NCBI RefSeq assembly: GCF_006345805.1
Contig: NC_042997.1
Span: 207,142,001-207,206,000 of the forward strand
DNA length: 64,000 bases
DNA from: Octopus sinensis
Taxonomy: Eukaryota
Reading direction: 5' to 3'
Shown here: positions 10,500 to 22,663 of the stretch, piece by piece
How the letters are laid out: each line of letters starts with the position of its first letter
Numbering within the stretch: the stretch's first letter is position 1
Made by a program: the position numbers and the translations under genes
The notes under the pieces: model-generated
Databases searched by the model: none
Told to the model about the DNA's origin: nothing
The model's input: the letters and a program-made list of their open reading frames with translations, nothing else

Positions 10500-12205
10500 A
10501 TCATTGTAAGTAATTAATTATACCAATTTGAATAAACAGATCTTCATCAGGGTGGAAGGGTAAATGAAAGTAAAAAGAAAAAAAGGAGGAAGTGAGAATA
10601 GTGACAATTCATGTTACATACTGACCCACTGGGAAACTTTCAACTGACTAGAATTTAGAAATAGAATTGGGATAACTTTAATATTTAGTGGTATATTCCT
10701 ATATATGGTGGGATGGCATGGGTTAAATATATAATAGTAACTATATGAGCAATTTGGTTAGGTCAAAAAAGAATAATATAAAAAGAAATATATTTAGAAA
10801 TATCAGTGGTTATAGAACTAAATAATAACAGTTGACTTTAATTCATTATTTATTGATTCTGTATGTATTTTACTTATTATAAGTAGGCAGAATACCTGAA
10901 ACAACCTGGTCCGGAGTAAGAGTGGTCTGGACAGTAAGAGGATACTATTGGTCAGTTAATTTTCAAAAACAAAAGGCTGGCCATTAAGAAACCTTTAATC
11001 GCTGTAGCTAAATGGTAAATAATGGATATATGCTGTAAGGGGCCTTATGTCTCTTATATCAGTGCATGTTAGAAGCATATAATGTGGAATGGGACAGATA
11101 TGAGTATTTGTGGCTCATGGGAGGAAACATGCACAGATAGGCAGGCTATATCTAATTCATAACAGTACACATCCAATAAACTATGTTATAATATATATTT
11201 ATATACATACACACACACATATATATACACACACTCACACACACATATATTTCTATATATTTTTTGCGTATTTGCGTATCTATTTATGTGAGAGAAAAAG
11301 AGCAAATTGTTACGGTAAATATCAAAAGTAAAATAAAGTGGGTTAGAGAGTTTATCAGATAACAAAAAGAGGAGGTGGCCAAGGAGACTAGCTATAATCT
11401 AGGTGATGTGCATATAGGTGCATGTGCATATTTATCTTGCCATGCCTCTTCACACACATGGATACTCATGGGTCTACACACACATCCATGGATGTACTTG
11501 TGTGTCCACAAGCTGCCATATATGTGTAGATTCATGCGCACACACGATGATACAGTCATATGTAAATTAATATAGAAATAAAGATAAGTACATACCTATA
11601 TGTGAGTGAAAAGTTGATCCAGTGTTGTTAAGTAATGAGAGTGTTGTTTCGGGGAGATGGTAAAAGTAAATTATTGAACTGTGAGGGGGTGTATATGTTT
11701 TAAGATATATAATTGTTGTGTTTAAAAAAGAAATTAATTAATTAAGCAATAAATTTAATTCATTAGTTGGCCAATTAGTCAGTCAATTAAGTTCCAATTT
11801 ATCTATGGTTATGGTGAAGAACTATTGGTAACTATTATGGGAGAGGAGGAGTAGAGAAGTAAACAATTTCAATTATATCTAGAGAATACATTTACCTATG
11901 TGCAAGCAAGCTATGTTTGGTTCCACTCTCTCAAGTTAATCAAGGGGAGTCTAGACATAAGGATGAAAAATTTTTCATTAATACATAGGTAAAATTTTTA
12001 ATTTTTTACAGTATAAAATGGTGCTGAAGTAATGATATCCCATTCCAAATCAGAGCTAAGGTTTTTATCCTTAAGTTCCCAAATGAATTTACTTAATCCA
12101 GTTGAGTTATGTTTATTTTTTTTCTTAACTTGCACATTCCCCCTAAATATTATAACTATTCCAATTCTGTTTCTAAATTCTAGTTGTTCAAAAGTTTCCC
12201 AGCGG
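10500..12205 (-). mobile_element. Decayed Penelope-like element 3' region
   Basis: The minus strand near 11990-12130 translates HNSTGLSKFIWELKDKNLSSDLEWDIITSAPFYT..CINEKFFIL, like PLE endonuclease C-termini. 10617-10690 is an inverted copy of about 12140-12212. Confidence 0.5.
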
Positions 12206-12575
12206 TTCAGTATGTTAGTTAGTTAGTTAGTTAATTTGGCTCAAAAGCAAATAGCAAGGCCATGTAGGGGGACATGGAGTTAAGTACAGGGTGGTGTTCA
12301 TGTAAAGAGTTCAGGCCACTTGAGGTCCAGGGAGGCTTTGAACAAAGCGGTCGTCGGCATCTTCACCATCTCGTCTGGCAGCTTGTTCCACGGATCCGCA
12401 ACCCGGACGGAGAAAGCTCCTCTCCTTCGATTGAGATGAAATCGTCACAGGTAGAGCTTTTCGGAATGACCCTGCAGCCGACGCTCTGGAGCAGGAGTGA
12501 AGAACAGCTCTTTCGAGAGGTTACACTTTCCGCTTATGATGTTGTGGGCGAGAATGAGATCACCACGGCGGCGTG
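12206..12575 (-). mobile_element. CR1-like LINE 3' end with (TAAC)n tail
   Basis: Reverse complement of 36370-36725 (RGHSEKL..FSVRV.DPWNKLP). Confidence 0.9.
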
Positions 12576-12855
12576 TAATATGTATCGACAATCACCGTTG
12601 TCACTTTCTCCTTTTTCTTTTTCTTTTCACTGTATTCATTTTCCCACTCTGATAAAGTTTTGTGATTCAAATTGCTATAATTAATTCCTTACAATAATAA
12701 CTATTATTATTGTGGTGGTTAAGCCTGGGAATCATTAATAAATGATAATTGGTGTAAATTAATTGTTATTCATCAATTTTATCTCCAATTTCTTCTTTCC
12801 TTATATATATATATAAGGTTCATTGATTAAACCTTGCTAAGTTAAATATTTAAAT

Positions 12856-12918
12856 CACCTGAAGAATGACTGTAACTCGAAATTTTAAGAATTGGACAGC
12901 CATGAAACGATTGTAGTG
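12856..12918 (+). ncRNA. Minimal type I hammerhead ribozyme motif (PLE-type)
   Basis: CAC-CTGAAGA-ATGACTGT..ACAGCCAT-GAAA-CGATTG-TA-GTG. Stem I is CAC/GTG, stem II pairs 7 of 8, stem III ACGA/TTGT is self-complementary, cleavage triplet GUA. Confidence 0.65.
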
Positions 12919-13042
12919 TTATACTAATTATCTTTTTTTAATAATTTTGATATATATTTAAAATAATATAAATTAATTAATCTTATGTATTGGCTTAAGT
13001 TTTTCATTGTATGATTTGCCTAATAGTGGTTTTATCTCTAAT

Positions 13043-13087
<45 letters not shown>

Positions 13088-13384
13088 CGCTAATTGTTGT
13101 GCTAACTTTCATCGGAAACAACTCTTCATGGCTGAAACCGTAGCGGATCTATTTTTAGTGCTAGAGTCGACCATGTAGTGTCACTCTCTTATATTTTACG
13201 TATAAAATTTATTGTATTCCTGGTTTTTATGCACTAAGCCACTTGGTTTAAATTGATGGTACTATTAAATTAGTATCCAATTTTCTCACCCTTATCGGTT
13301 GATTATATATATATATATACATATATACATTTCGTTTTTTAATTTGCTTTGCAAGATTCTTTATGTGAGTTCGTGTGTTGAAGC

Positions 13385-14452
13385 ATATTCTGTTGTGTCT
13401 GGGGAGAGTCATTTTCTTTTTGTGCCTTATTATTTAATACACTTACCAGTAAAATTTCCACTTATTTCTCCTTTTTATTTTGTTCAAATTTTCGTTGCAT
13501 CTTGCACCCTTTTCAATAGTTTTGACTCTGTCCGTTATTTACACTGCGTTCCTTTTTTGTTTGTTTCTGCGCATGTGTGGGGGTTAGTGTGTATGTGTGT
13601 GTCTATGCATGCAAATATGTATGTATGCATGGGTATGCATATATGTGTGTGTATGCATATGTATATATGTATGTATGTGTGTGCATCTGTATATGTATGT
13701 ATTCTGCATATTCATGTGCTTGCATGTCCATGTTCATGTGTTTTTTATGTATGTACCTCTATCTCCTTGTGTGTGTGTGCATGTCTGTGTGTGTGAGTGT
13801 GTGTTCTGCAACTATGTACCGTGTTTGTATGTATGGATGTGCATCTCCACATGTGTCTCCACATGTGTCCTTGTGTAGAGTAAAGTGTGTGTGTGTGTAT
13901 ATATGGTCCTGTGTTTCAGGCTTCATTTGCGTATGTGTGCTTGTTTGTTCATATAACCTAAGTAACTCTCCATGTGTATGCTTACATGTTCATATACATA
14001 CATTCATATGCATGCATACATGTGCATATGCACATACATACATACACCCCTCCCCCCACACACACACGCATACATAAATTTATCTACATAACAGCCCACT
14101 AACTATTCTACTCTACCACTCTACCTGTGTAAACTGGTTGTGTGCAAGCACATGAACATGCAGAATACATGCAGATGCACACACATACATATATACATAT
14201 GCATACACACATATATACATACACACACATGCATACATACATACATATATGCATGCATAGGCACACACATATGCGCACAAACAAACAAAAAGGAACGCAG
14301 TGTAAATAACGGACAGAGTCAAGACTATTGAAAAGGGTGCAAGACGCAACGAAAATTTTAGAAAAATATGAAAGAAATAAATGGAAATTTTGCCGGTGAG
14401 TGTGTTACATTATAAGGCACCAAAAGAAAATGACTCTCTCCAGATGCAACAG
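13385..14452. repeat. Diverged inverted-repeat pair (about 13385-13720 and 14130-14452) around (TG/CA)-rich DNA
   Basis: GAGAGTCATTTTCTTTT..GACTCTGTCCGTTATTTACACTGCGTTCC occurs with its reverse complement. A related copy lies at about 50163-50310. Confidence 0.8.
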
Positions 14453-14577
14453 TATATATATATATATATACTAGCATTATGACCCGTCGTTGCCGGGTCA
14501 TAGTGCTAGTGCATGTATATATGTGTATATATATGTGTACATATATATATACATCTATATGTACATCTATATATATA

Positions 14578-14950
14578 CAATGTAAAGTATACTAGCCATC
14601 TCAATATGGCTAACCACAAAGGGGGGTTGTTACTGTAGCTTTTAGCCCCAGGAGATCATCGTCTCCAGCTGGCTTTAGGTACACTATCTGTGCCCTTATG
14701 GTATTTACAAAGGGAAGCCATCCCTTTCTCATAAGCCTAAGTGATACGCACCGGACTGCAGTTTCGAGGTTGTTGCCTTTTATTAACGGGCGGTGATCAC
14801 CGGATTACGATGAAAGGGAAAGCCTGTATGCAAATATGGGGCTAAAAGCTACTGTAACACACCCCCTTTGTGGTTAGCCATATTGAGATGGCTATTATAC
14901 TTTACATTGTCGAACGGTTACTGTTTACATCTCGTTCAGAGATTTAATAA
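14578..14950. repeat. Non-coding repeat with A-B-A'-C architecture
   Basis: 14578-14650 is the reverse complement of 14837-14910, and 14578-14836 is the reverse complement of about 16193-16471. Confidence 0.85.
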
Positions 14951-14984
14951 TGTTTGCAGACAGTTTTTCGAAATCAGTGACGGA

Positions 14985-16192
14985 AGTTACTAGAAAAACT
15001 CTGGGTCACAAACTTCGAAAGCTAGGAGTAGGAGGAAAAGTTGGTACATGGATACATGAGTTCCTTACAAATAGAACTCAAACAGTCACTGTGAATGGAA
15101 CCCATTCAACACCATCACCTGTGACCAGCAGTGTTCCTCAGGGTACAGTACTCGGCCCAATCCTGTTTCTCATCCTCATCTCTGACATAGATGAAGATAC
15201 AACCAGCAACGTCTCATCCTTTGCTGATGACACCAGGGTCATGAGACAAATCAAAGACGAGGTGGATACAGAGGCCTTACAAAAGGACCTGACCACCATA
15301 TATAAATGGCAGGAAACAAACAACATGTTGTTCAATGATAAGAAGTTTGAACTAATTCGCTACGGAACAGATCAAGATCTGAAAAATACAACAAACTACA
15401 GAAACCCATCAGGACAACAAATAATGGAAAAACAGTATGTGAAAGATTTAGGCATCCACATGGGAACCAACCTAAAATTCAGAGAACACCTTGACTCAGT
15501 CTGTCTTACTGCAAGAAAGTACAGCGGTGGATCTTGCGCACCTTCAAATCAAGAGATACCTCAACAATGAAAACCCTCTGGAACAGTATGATACTTCCGA
15601 GGATTGACTACTGTTCTCAGTTGTGGTCACCAACAACAAAGGGCCAACTATCTAAGATAGAATCGCTCCAAAGAAATTTTACCTCATACTTCTCAGAAAC
15701 GAGGGACCTGGACTATTGGCAAAGACTCAAACCTTGAGGATGTACTCAATAGAAAGAAGATTTGAGTGATACCGAATTATATACATTTGGAAAATGATAG
15801 AGCAGAAGGTGCCAAACTTTGGTATCAAAACCTACCACTCACTGCGCCACGGAAGACGCTGCCAGCTACCACCAATCAACAAAAAGGCTGGCCAGGCAGC
15901 AAAAACCCTGCGAGAATCAAGTCTGTTGGTTCGAGGAGCACAACTGTTCCACTCCATTCCGGTACATGTCAGAAATCTATCAGGATGCAGTGTGGAATCA
16001 TTCAAATTGCAACTGGATAGATACTTAAGCACCATTAGAGATGAACCCCATCTCCCAGGATATACACAACGAGCACAAACTGACTCAAACTCGCTCCTAC
16101 ACATGTCAAAATTAAGCAGAGAATACAACCTGGCAACCACACCAGACTCTGAGGGTGGAGTCTTCGACTTGGCCTGAGCATGGACTCAAACC
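14985..16192 (+). mobile_element. CR1-like LINE, 5'-truncated and frameshifted, with (TGAAA)n tail
   Basis: SSVPQGTVLGPILFLILISD, FADDT, KDLGI, RIDYCSQLWSP, and a CR1-like C-terminus (FKLQLDRYLSTIRDEP). Confidence 0.9.
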
Positions 16193-16515
16193 CAAATGAA
16201 ATGAAATGAAATATATTTGCATACAGGCTTTCCCTTTCATCGTAATCCGGTGGTCACCGCCCGTTGATAAAAGGCAACAACCTCGAAACTGCAGTCCATT
16301 GCGTATCACTTAGGCTTACGAGAAAGGGATGGCTTCCCTTTGCAAGTACCATAAGGGCACAGATAGTGTGCCTAAAGCCAGCTGGAGTCGATGATCTCAT
16401 GGGGCTAAAAGCTACAGTAACAACCCCCCTTTGTGGTTAGCCATATTGAGATGGCTAGTATACTTTACATTGTCGAGCGGTTACTGTTTACATCTCGTTC
16501 AGAGATTTAATAAGG
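16193..16515. repeat. Second copy (B'-A'-C) of the 14578-14950 repeat
   Basis: Near-identical sequence; B is inverted relative to the first copy. Confidence 0.85.
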
Positions 16516-17470
16516 CTATATATATACATCTACACATAAAATACAAAATACAAAGTTATATCTTGATATCGCTAGTGATAACAATACTCAAAATATATAA
16601 CAGACTGGAATTGTAGGCCCGTCTCTTGCAATTTCGATCAATTGTATCTTGTCCTCCCTCTTGTATAGAAGTGTAGCTACAATCCAGCCTACCTCACCTT
16701 CTGGGGTGGGTGGGCAATTTTAATTTTTATCTGGCACGTCCTATGTCCCAGATATAAAGGTAACAATAAAATATTCCCACTTTACAAGTTCGAGTCGAGT
16801 ACTCCCTTGCACGCTCCGTTGACTCGAACCTTGCTTCTATTGTGGCGAATTTACCACCTCTGGTTAGATATCTTTCATAGTCGTACTAAGACACTTTTCA
16901 GAGGTGCTTTCCTCCATGTGTTCAAATCTTCTTTTTTCTCTACATTGTATACTTTATAGACAATAGTCTTTTCTTTAATTTAATTTTTTATTATCCATCT
17001 GGACTATTCTATTTCTGCATGCTAATTTTATTTTTAATTTATTCCCATTCATGTGAAACCACTTATTCAATTTCAAGTCATTGATGCAATTTTATACCAA
17101 TTGCTATTTTTACTTTTGTTATGTTACGATTATATTATACTTTAGTTTGATTTTAATTATTACTTACTACATATTATTCAATTGTTATTATTATTTTTAT
17201 TGTTAAAGTGAAAGCATCTGACATAAAATAGAGAAATATTTTTGTTTCGCTTTTAACACGTAATACTGAAATAGTGGAGAAGATATGATATTGCTATGGG
17301 CTCGCTCTAGGCAAGAAGTTGAACATTTTTTTTGCTGATGACACTCACCGGGCCCCAAGTAAGGCATGTGTAAAATTTGAATGAAATTGGTTGTGTAGTT
17401 CTCAAGTTTTAGGGAAAAACACAGACAGACAGACAGACCGACACACACATTCTCAGTTTTATATATATAG
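16513..17470 (+). mobile_element. Non-autonomous Helitron-like element, copy 1
   Basis: Shares blocks with 20325-21240. The 3' end has AAATTTGAATGAAATTGG..(ACAG)n..TTTTATATATATAG, typical of HINE/DINE-like elements. Confidence 0.55.
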
Positions 17471-17509
17471 GGATACTAGCAGAGATACCCGGCGTTGCCC
17501 GGTTACATT

Positions 17510-17622
17510 CATCATCATCATCATCATCATCATCATTGTTTAGCGTCCGTTTTCCATGCTAGCATGTGTTGGACGGTTCAACTGGGGTCTGGGAAGCCAG
17601 AAGGCTGCACCAGACCCAGTTT
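17510..17622 (-). mobile_element. RTE-family 3' tail fragment
   Basis: (CAT)n followed by GTTTAGCGTCCGTTTTCCATGCTAGCATG, the reverse complement of the tail at 7790-7830. Confidence 0.85.
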
Positions 17623-17729
17623 CAATTGAAGAATTAGACTTTTCTGTTACATATACATGGATACACACACACACACACACACATATATGTATATTAATAT
17701 AAATACATGAAAGTACATGAAGTTTGTTA

Positions 17730-20120
17730 AAAAAAAAGGGGATCATGTATATACCTCCTGGCTGTTGAGATTATGACACCTCGTTGTAAACAATGTTCCT
17801 TGTTTTTCCTTGTGGAGCATATACAAAACGGTTTCTTTTAATTCCTACTCTTGAGCAGCCAACATACAGTTGCCCATGCGAGAAGCAGGGCTCTTCCAAG
17901 AGAAGACCAGCTACAGAGAGGGTTTGACCCTGAGATTTGTTAATGGACATGGCAAAACCGACACAAAGGGGGAATTGCAGTCTTCTGAATGTAAATGGAA
18001 TTTCTGCTCCTGATGGGGTAAGAGGAATTCTTGGAATAAAGACGTCATCACCTTTTCCACATCCAGAAAGAATAATCACCTCGATAACGTGTGACATCAT
18101 TTTCTTTATCACCAGTCGTGTTCCATTGCAAAGTATTGGTGGTTCCAGATTGCGGAGTAGCATTACAGGAGTTCCAACTTTAAGTGCTAATATGTGTGAG
18201 GTAGTCCAGGAGGCTCCAGTGAATTGAGAAATTCAGGAGGATAGTTCACAACTTCATTTATATCTGGAATTGTATCAACAGACTTGTAAGTGTGTATAGT
18301 GCTGGGAGAGAATGCATTAGCTGTTGATTAATTTTGTTAACAGCGACGTTTTTTTGGAGTTAATATTGCTCTTTCACACAGCCAATTGTGATTTTGGTAG
18401 TTTTGTGTGAAGTTGGGAAAGACTTTGTTTTTGAGGTCATCTACAGAATTAACAACAGAGGAAAATGACCACACTTCCATTTGTCCTGCAGCATCAAGAG
18501 GCATCTTGCCTTCACCAAGTCTCAAAATGTCCTGTGCAAACTTTGTGGACATTTTGTCGCCGTGTAGCTGAGCTCTCATGTTAGTGGTGAGACTGAGGAT
18601 TGTAACATGATGCCATAGGGTAGAGGACTTTGGAGCCTGACAGTCTCGGATGTCTTTCATGGTTCTATCTAATGCTTCCAAAGCTTCCTTGTGAGCCATA
18701 GTGCACTCGTCCCAGACAATTAGATGACACATTTTAAGTACTTGTCCCTGATCTGAGCTTTTGTTGATGTTGCATGAAGGCATTTCAGATGCTGCTAAAT
18801 TGAGAGGGAGTTTGAAAGTTGAGTGTGCTGTCCTGCCACCAGGTAACAAAGTAGCTGCAATGCCAGAGGAGGCTACAGCTACTGCAATGTCCTGATGCTG
18901 CCTAACTTCTGCAAGGAGAAGCTTTGTAATAAATGTTTTTCCTGTCCTTCCAGGAGCATCGAGGAAGAAGATTCGTCCCTCGTGTTGGCATACACTGTTA
19001 AGAATAGTTCTGTAGGCCTGCAGCTGGTCCGGAAGTAGTTTAGGCTCATTTTCAACAATGTACTTTGAAAGCGCTTGAGTGTCATAGGTTGTTTCACGGA
19101 TGACAGCAGTGGGAAGGCTATTTGACCCTGACCTGAATGCTTTTGGCAGGCCATACGTCGACAATTCATTTACACCCAGTTTAGCAATTCTGTCTTCAAT
19201 GTCAATGAGTGTTTTGTTATAGATTTCATTGCTGATACCCTCCATGTCAGGATAGAGCAGTTGAGCTTGGCGCTGAAAGTCTTCAACCGGTTGTCTCTAT
19301 ATTGAGCCATAGAGTAGCCGGATCCCACAGTTCGCATGCCTGTAGTAATACTGCAAATAGTGCCCTGAGACTTTTAGGTGATTGTGATAAAGCAGCCTCT
19401 TCTAAAGTTGCATCCCATTGTGCACCATCTTCTAACAGACCTTGTCGATAGCAGGCTTCTCTGTATGTTGTGCAGACATGTCCATGAACGGTTTTTAGGA
19501 CCTTGGGGCCCATTTTTAGGGCCGTGGGGCCCATTTTTTCCATTCCAAGTGTAGCATGATGGAATCTGTGGATACAGTAAGGTTTGAGCGAATGGATCCA
19601 CTTGACAAAGCTTGAAGAATGCAGTGAGTGTGCTATCCCTTGGTTCATCTGCCAACAGAGAAGCATTAGCAACGGTGAAGTACACTCTTTGACCATTTTC
19701 CAGGTGCACTGCAAGCTGTTGAATGGCGGGGTGTCGTTGGTGAATTGGAAAGCCAAAGATGCGCCAGAAAGCCTCGTTGCTACTTATGTACCGTCCCACC
19801 TGATAATGCGTCGCCTCATCCTGGCAGTATTCTTGTTGAAGTCCAAACATTGCAGAGTCAGAACCCTTGTTTGCAAACGTACTTGATGGATTTAACTGAG
19901 TTGCAAAACTCAACGTTGATGTGGGCATTGAAAGTCTTTGACAGGAGTGAGCAGTATGGAACAATCCATCTATTATCAATATCGTGCTGTCCAATAGTTG
20001 TTGTGAAACCTCCGTTTTCTGGTTTTCTGCGTCCATATGATGGATACCCATCAGCACGTGTCTGAGTTTCTTGTAGGAACCTCTTTGGAAATCTTTTTGA
20101 ACATATGCTGTCCTTCCAAG
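17730..20120 (-). mobile_element. Decayed Helitron RepHel gene (post-Rep region plus PIF1-type SF1 helicase)
   Basis: DNRWIVPY..HINVEFC..SIKYVCK; GRYISSNEAFWRIFGFPIH; Walker A FFLDAPGRTGKTF; IVWDECTM; QFPL..AMSINKSQGQTL..FSHGQLYVGCSRV. Split by frameshifts and stops. Confidence 0.93.
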
Positions 20121-20121
20121 T

Positions 20122-20197
20122 CACCACACAGTGGGACTGAACCCAGGACCATGTGTTTGGAACGTAGTTTGTTACCACACAGCCACACCTGCCCCTA
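20122..20197 (-). mobile_element. tRNA-derived SINE head
   Basis: The minus strand reads GGCAGGTGTGGCTGTGTGGTAA..GGTCCTGGGTTCAGTCCCACTG (A and B boxes); same family as 40080 and 43251. Confidence 0.8.
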
Positions 20198-20203
20198 TGT
20201 GTG

Positions 20204-20255
<52 letters not shown>

Positions 20256-20324
20256 CGTATGTGTGTATGGGTAGATATATTATGCATGTATATATGTGTA
20301 TATAAATGTGTACATATTACACGT

Positions 20325-21224
20325 ACATCTATATATATACATCTACACATAAAATACAAAATACAAAGTTAGATCTTGATATCGCTAGTGATAACAATAC
20401 TCAAAATATATAACAGACTAGAATTGTAGGCCCGTCTCTTGCAATTTCGATCAATTGGATCTTGTCCTCCCTCTTGTATAGAAGTGTACGGCTGCAGCGA
20501 AATTCATTTTTGGAGTTTCTTCTATTGAAGGCATTTTAACAAAAATGCTTCCGTAAAGACGGTGAAAATATTGTCAATTTCCCCAAGCAGGGTCACAATT
20601 CAATTTTTAAACAATAACCGAAACTGAGAGGGTTACGGTTTACAGTTATTTAACAAATGCAACACAACAACGTTTCCTTGGCGAGGAACCAACAAACGTG
20701 ATTACAATAGTCAAACAGTAATAATAACAACAAACCTTTTTAATGTATTCTCATTTATGTGAAACCACTTATTCAAGTTCAAGGTATTGATGCAATCTTA
20801 TATGAATTGCTAATACACACACACACATAATAAGGGTGAAAAATTGAATATTAATTTCATTAATATGAATTGAAAACCAGTGGTGTAGCATACAAAACCA
20901 TAGCGGATCTACTTCTAGCAAAAAGATTGACCACTTTTAATGGTTCATCCCTCTTATATAATACTTTCACTTTAATAGTTTCAGTATTAAAGTGAAAGTA
21001 TCTGCATTACAAAAGAGATGTTTTTGTTTCACTTTTAACACGTAATACTGAAAAAGTGGAGAGAATATGATATTGCTGTGGGGTCGCCCAAGGGAAAAAG
21101 TTAAAATTTTTTGCCAATGACACTCCCTGGACCTTAAGTAAGGCCTGTGTAAAATTTGAATGAAATTGATTGAGTAGTTCTCAAGTTTTAGGGAAACACA
21201 CAGACAGACAGACACCCATTCTCA

Positions 21225-21240
<16 letters not shown>
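20325..21240 (+). mobile_element. Non-autonomous Helitron-like element, copy 2
   Basis: 20330-20490 matches 16513-16675, and 20988-21235 matches 17205-17465. Confidence 0.55.
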
Positions 21241-21277
<37 letters not shown>

Positions 21278-21278
<1 letters not shown>

Positions 21279-21550
21279 CATCCAGCTGTAGAAACGCTAC
21301 CAGATCAGATTAGAGTCTGGTGCAAACATCTGGTTCGCCAGACCTCAGTCAAATCATCCAACCAATGCTAACATGGAAAGCGGACGTTAAAGTATGATGA
21401 TGATGATATATTTAGCGGTTCGGCAAAAGAGACCGATAGAATAAGTACTGGGCTTACAAAAGAATAAGTCCCGGAGTCGATTTGCTCGACTAAAGGCGGT
21501 GCTCCAGCATGGCTGCAGTCAAATGACTGAAACAAGTAAAAGAATAAATG
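21278..21550 (+). mobile_element. RTE 3' tail (21278-21408) joined to the 3' half of a SINE (21412-21550)
   Basis: GGCATCCAGCTGTAGAAAC..(GAT)n, then GCGGTTCGGCAAAAGAGACCGATAGAATAAGTAC.., as at 43460-43600. Confidence 0.85.
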
Positions 21551-21675
21551 AAAAAGAAATATACACACACATTTATGTATATATATACACATTCATATAT
21601 ATATATAAAAAAATTTTTTTGTAATGAGATAAGAAACCAAGGCTGTGTAGATTTTAGAACATTTATAGATAGAAG

Positions 21676-21727
21676 GTCTTACAGCTGTTTCCAGGATATT
21701 TATTGATTGTATCCCTTCATCGGAGAC
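21676..21727 (-). ncRNA. Degenerate minimal type I hammerhead motif
   Basis: Minus strand: GTCT-CCGATGA-AGGGATA..TATCCTG-GAAA-CAGCTG-TA-AGAC. Stem I is GTCT/AGAC and stem III is the palindrome CAGCTG; the core carries a U4C change. Confidence 0.55.
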
Positions 21728-21864
21728 GGTGTGAGAGGAAAATTAAGTCATAGTTAGTTTAGATGTGATACAAAACAGAGGTGGAGGGAAAAAAATAGAT
21801 GTGAGATGCATAGGGAAATTGTATTTGTAGATCCATTTTTTAGGCTGAATGGTATATATATATA

Positions 21865-22653
21865 TATAATATCAACAATTGAGGGTAAAATTAATTAGTT
21901 ATTAATCTATTTCACCAAGTAGTGTTCAGTATGTAAAAGGACCATTTAAGGCGAATTTAAAATATTACATTATATAATTAGGGCTTAGTAAAATAAATTA
22001 CTTTGCCACATACTGAACTTTCTAGAAATAGCAGCCAAAAAGGTTCTTAGCCATTTCCACTACTTTAAGAAAATTTCTCTCAGATAATGTTTACTCATAA
22101 ATAACTCACGAAGGTATGGAGGTAAAAACAGAAAAATATCACAAGTACAAAGATCATTTGAGAACGTTAACGTTTCTAGATTAGCCAAATAAACTCAGCA
22201 TTTCTTTCGTCAGCTCAACATTTCTTAATTTGGATTTGGAAGCACTAAAAGGAAGAACATACCCTTTGGCGACGTATCACCTCAGATGAACACACCCCGA
22301 CTGCCAGTACTAACAAATTCAAAATGCGCAAGCGAAGATTCCTGCTCTCTCCCCTTCCACCGACGTGGGCTATCTAGTAAACATATATTTTAACGGTGAG
22401 AACCGAAGCAATAGAAACAGAGAGAAATGAATTATAATATCAACAATTGAGGGTAAAATTAATTAGTTATTAATCAATTTCACCAAGTAGTGTTCAGTAT
22501 GTAAAAGGACCATTTAAGGCGAATTTAAAATATTACATTATATAATTAGGGCTTAGTAAAATAAATTACTTTGCCACATACTGAACTTTCTAGAAATAGC
22601 AGCCAAAAAGGTTCTTAGCCATTTCCACTACTTTAAGAAAATTTCTCTCAGAT
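21865..22653 (+). repeat. Direct repeat pair of about 220 bp (21865-22084 and 22434-22653)
   Basis: Near-identical TATAATATCAACAATTGAGGG..TTTCTCTCAGATA; the arrangement resembles PLE terminal repeats. Confidence 0.85.
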
Positions 22654-22663
22654 ATATATATAA

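Noticed and set aside
13299-14349. Cys/Val/Tyr-rich ORFs
   Set aside because: They are readings of (TG)n and (TA)n microsatellite-like DNA.
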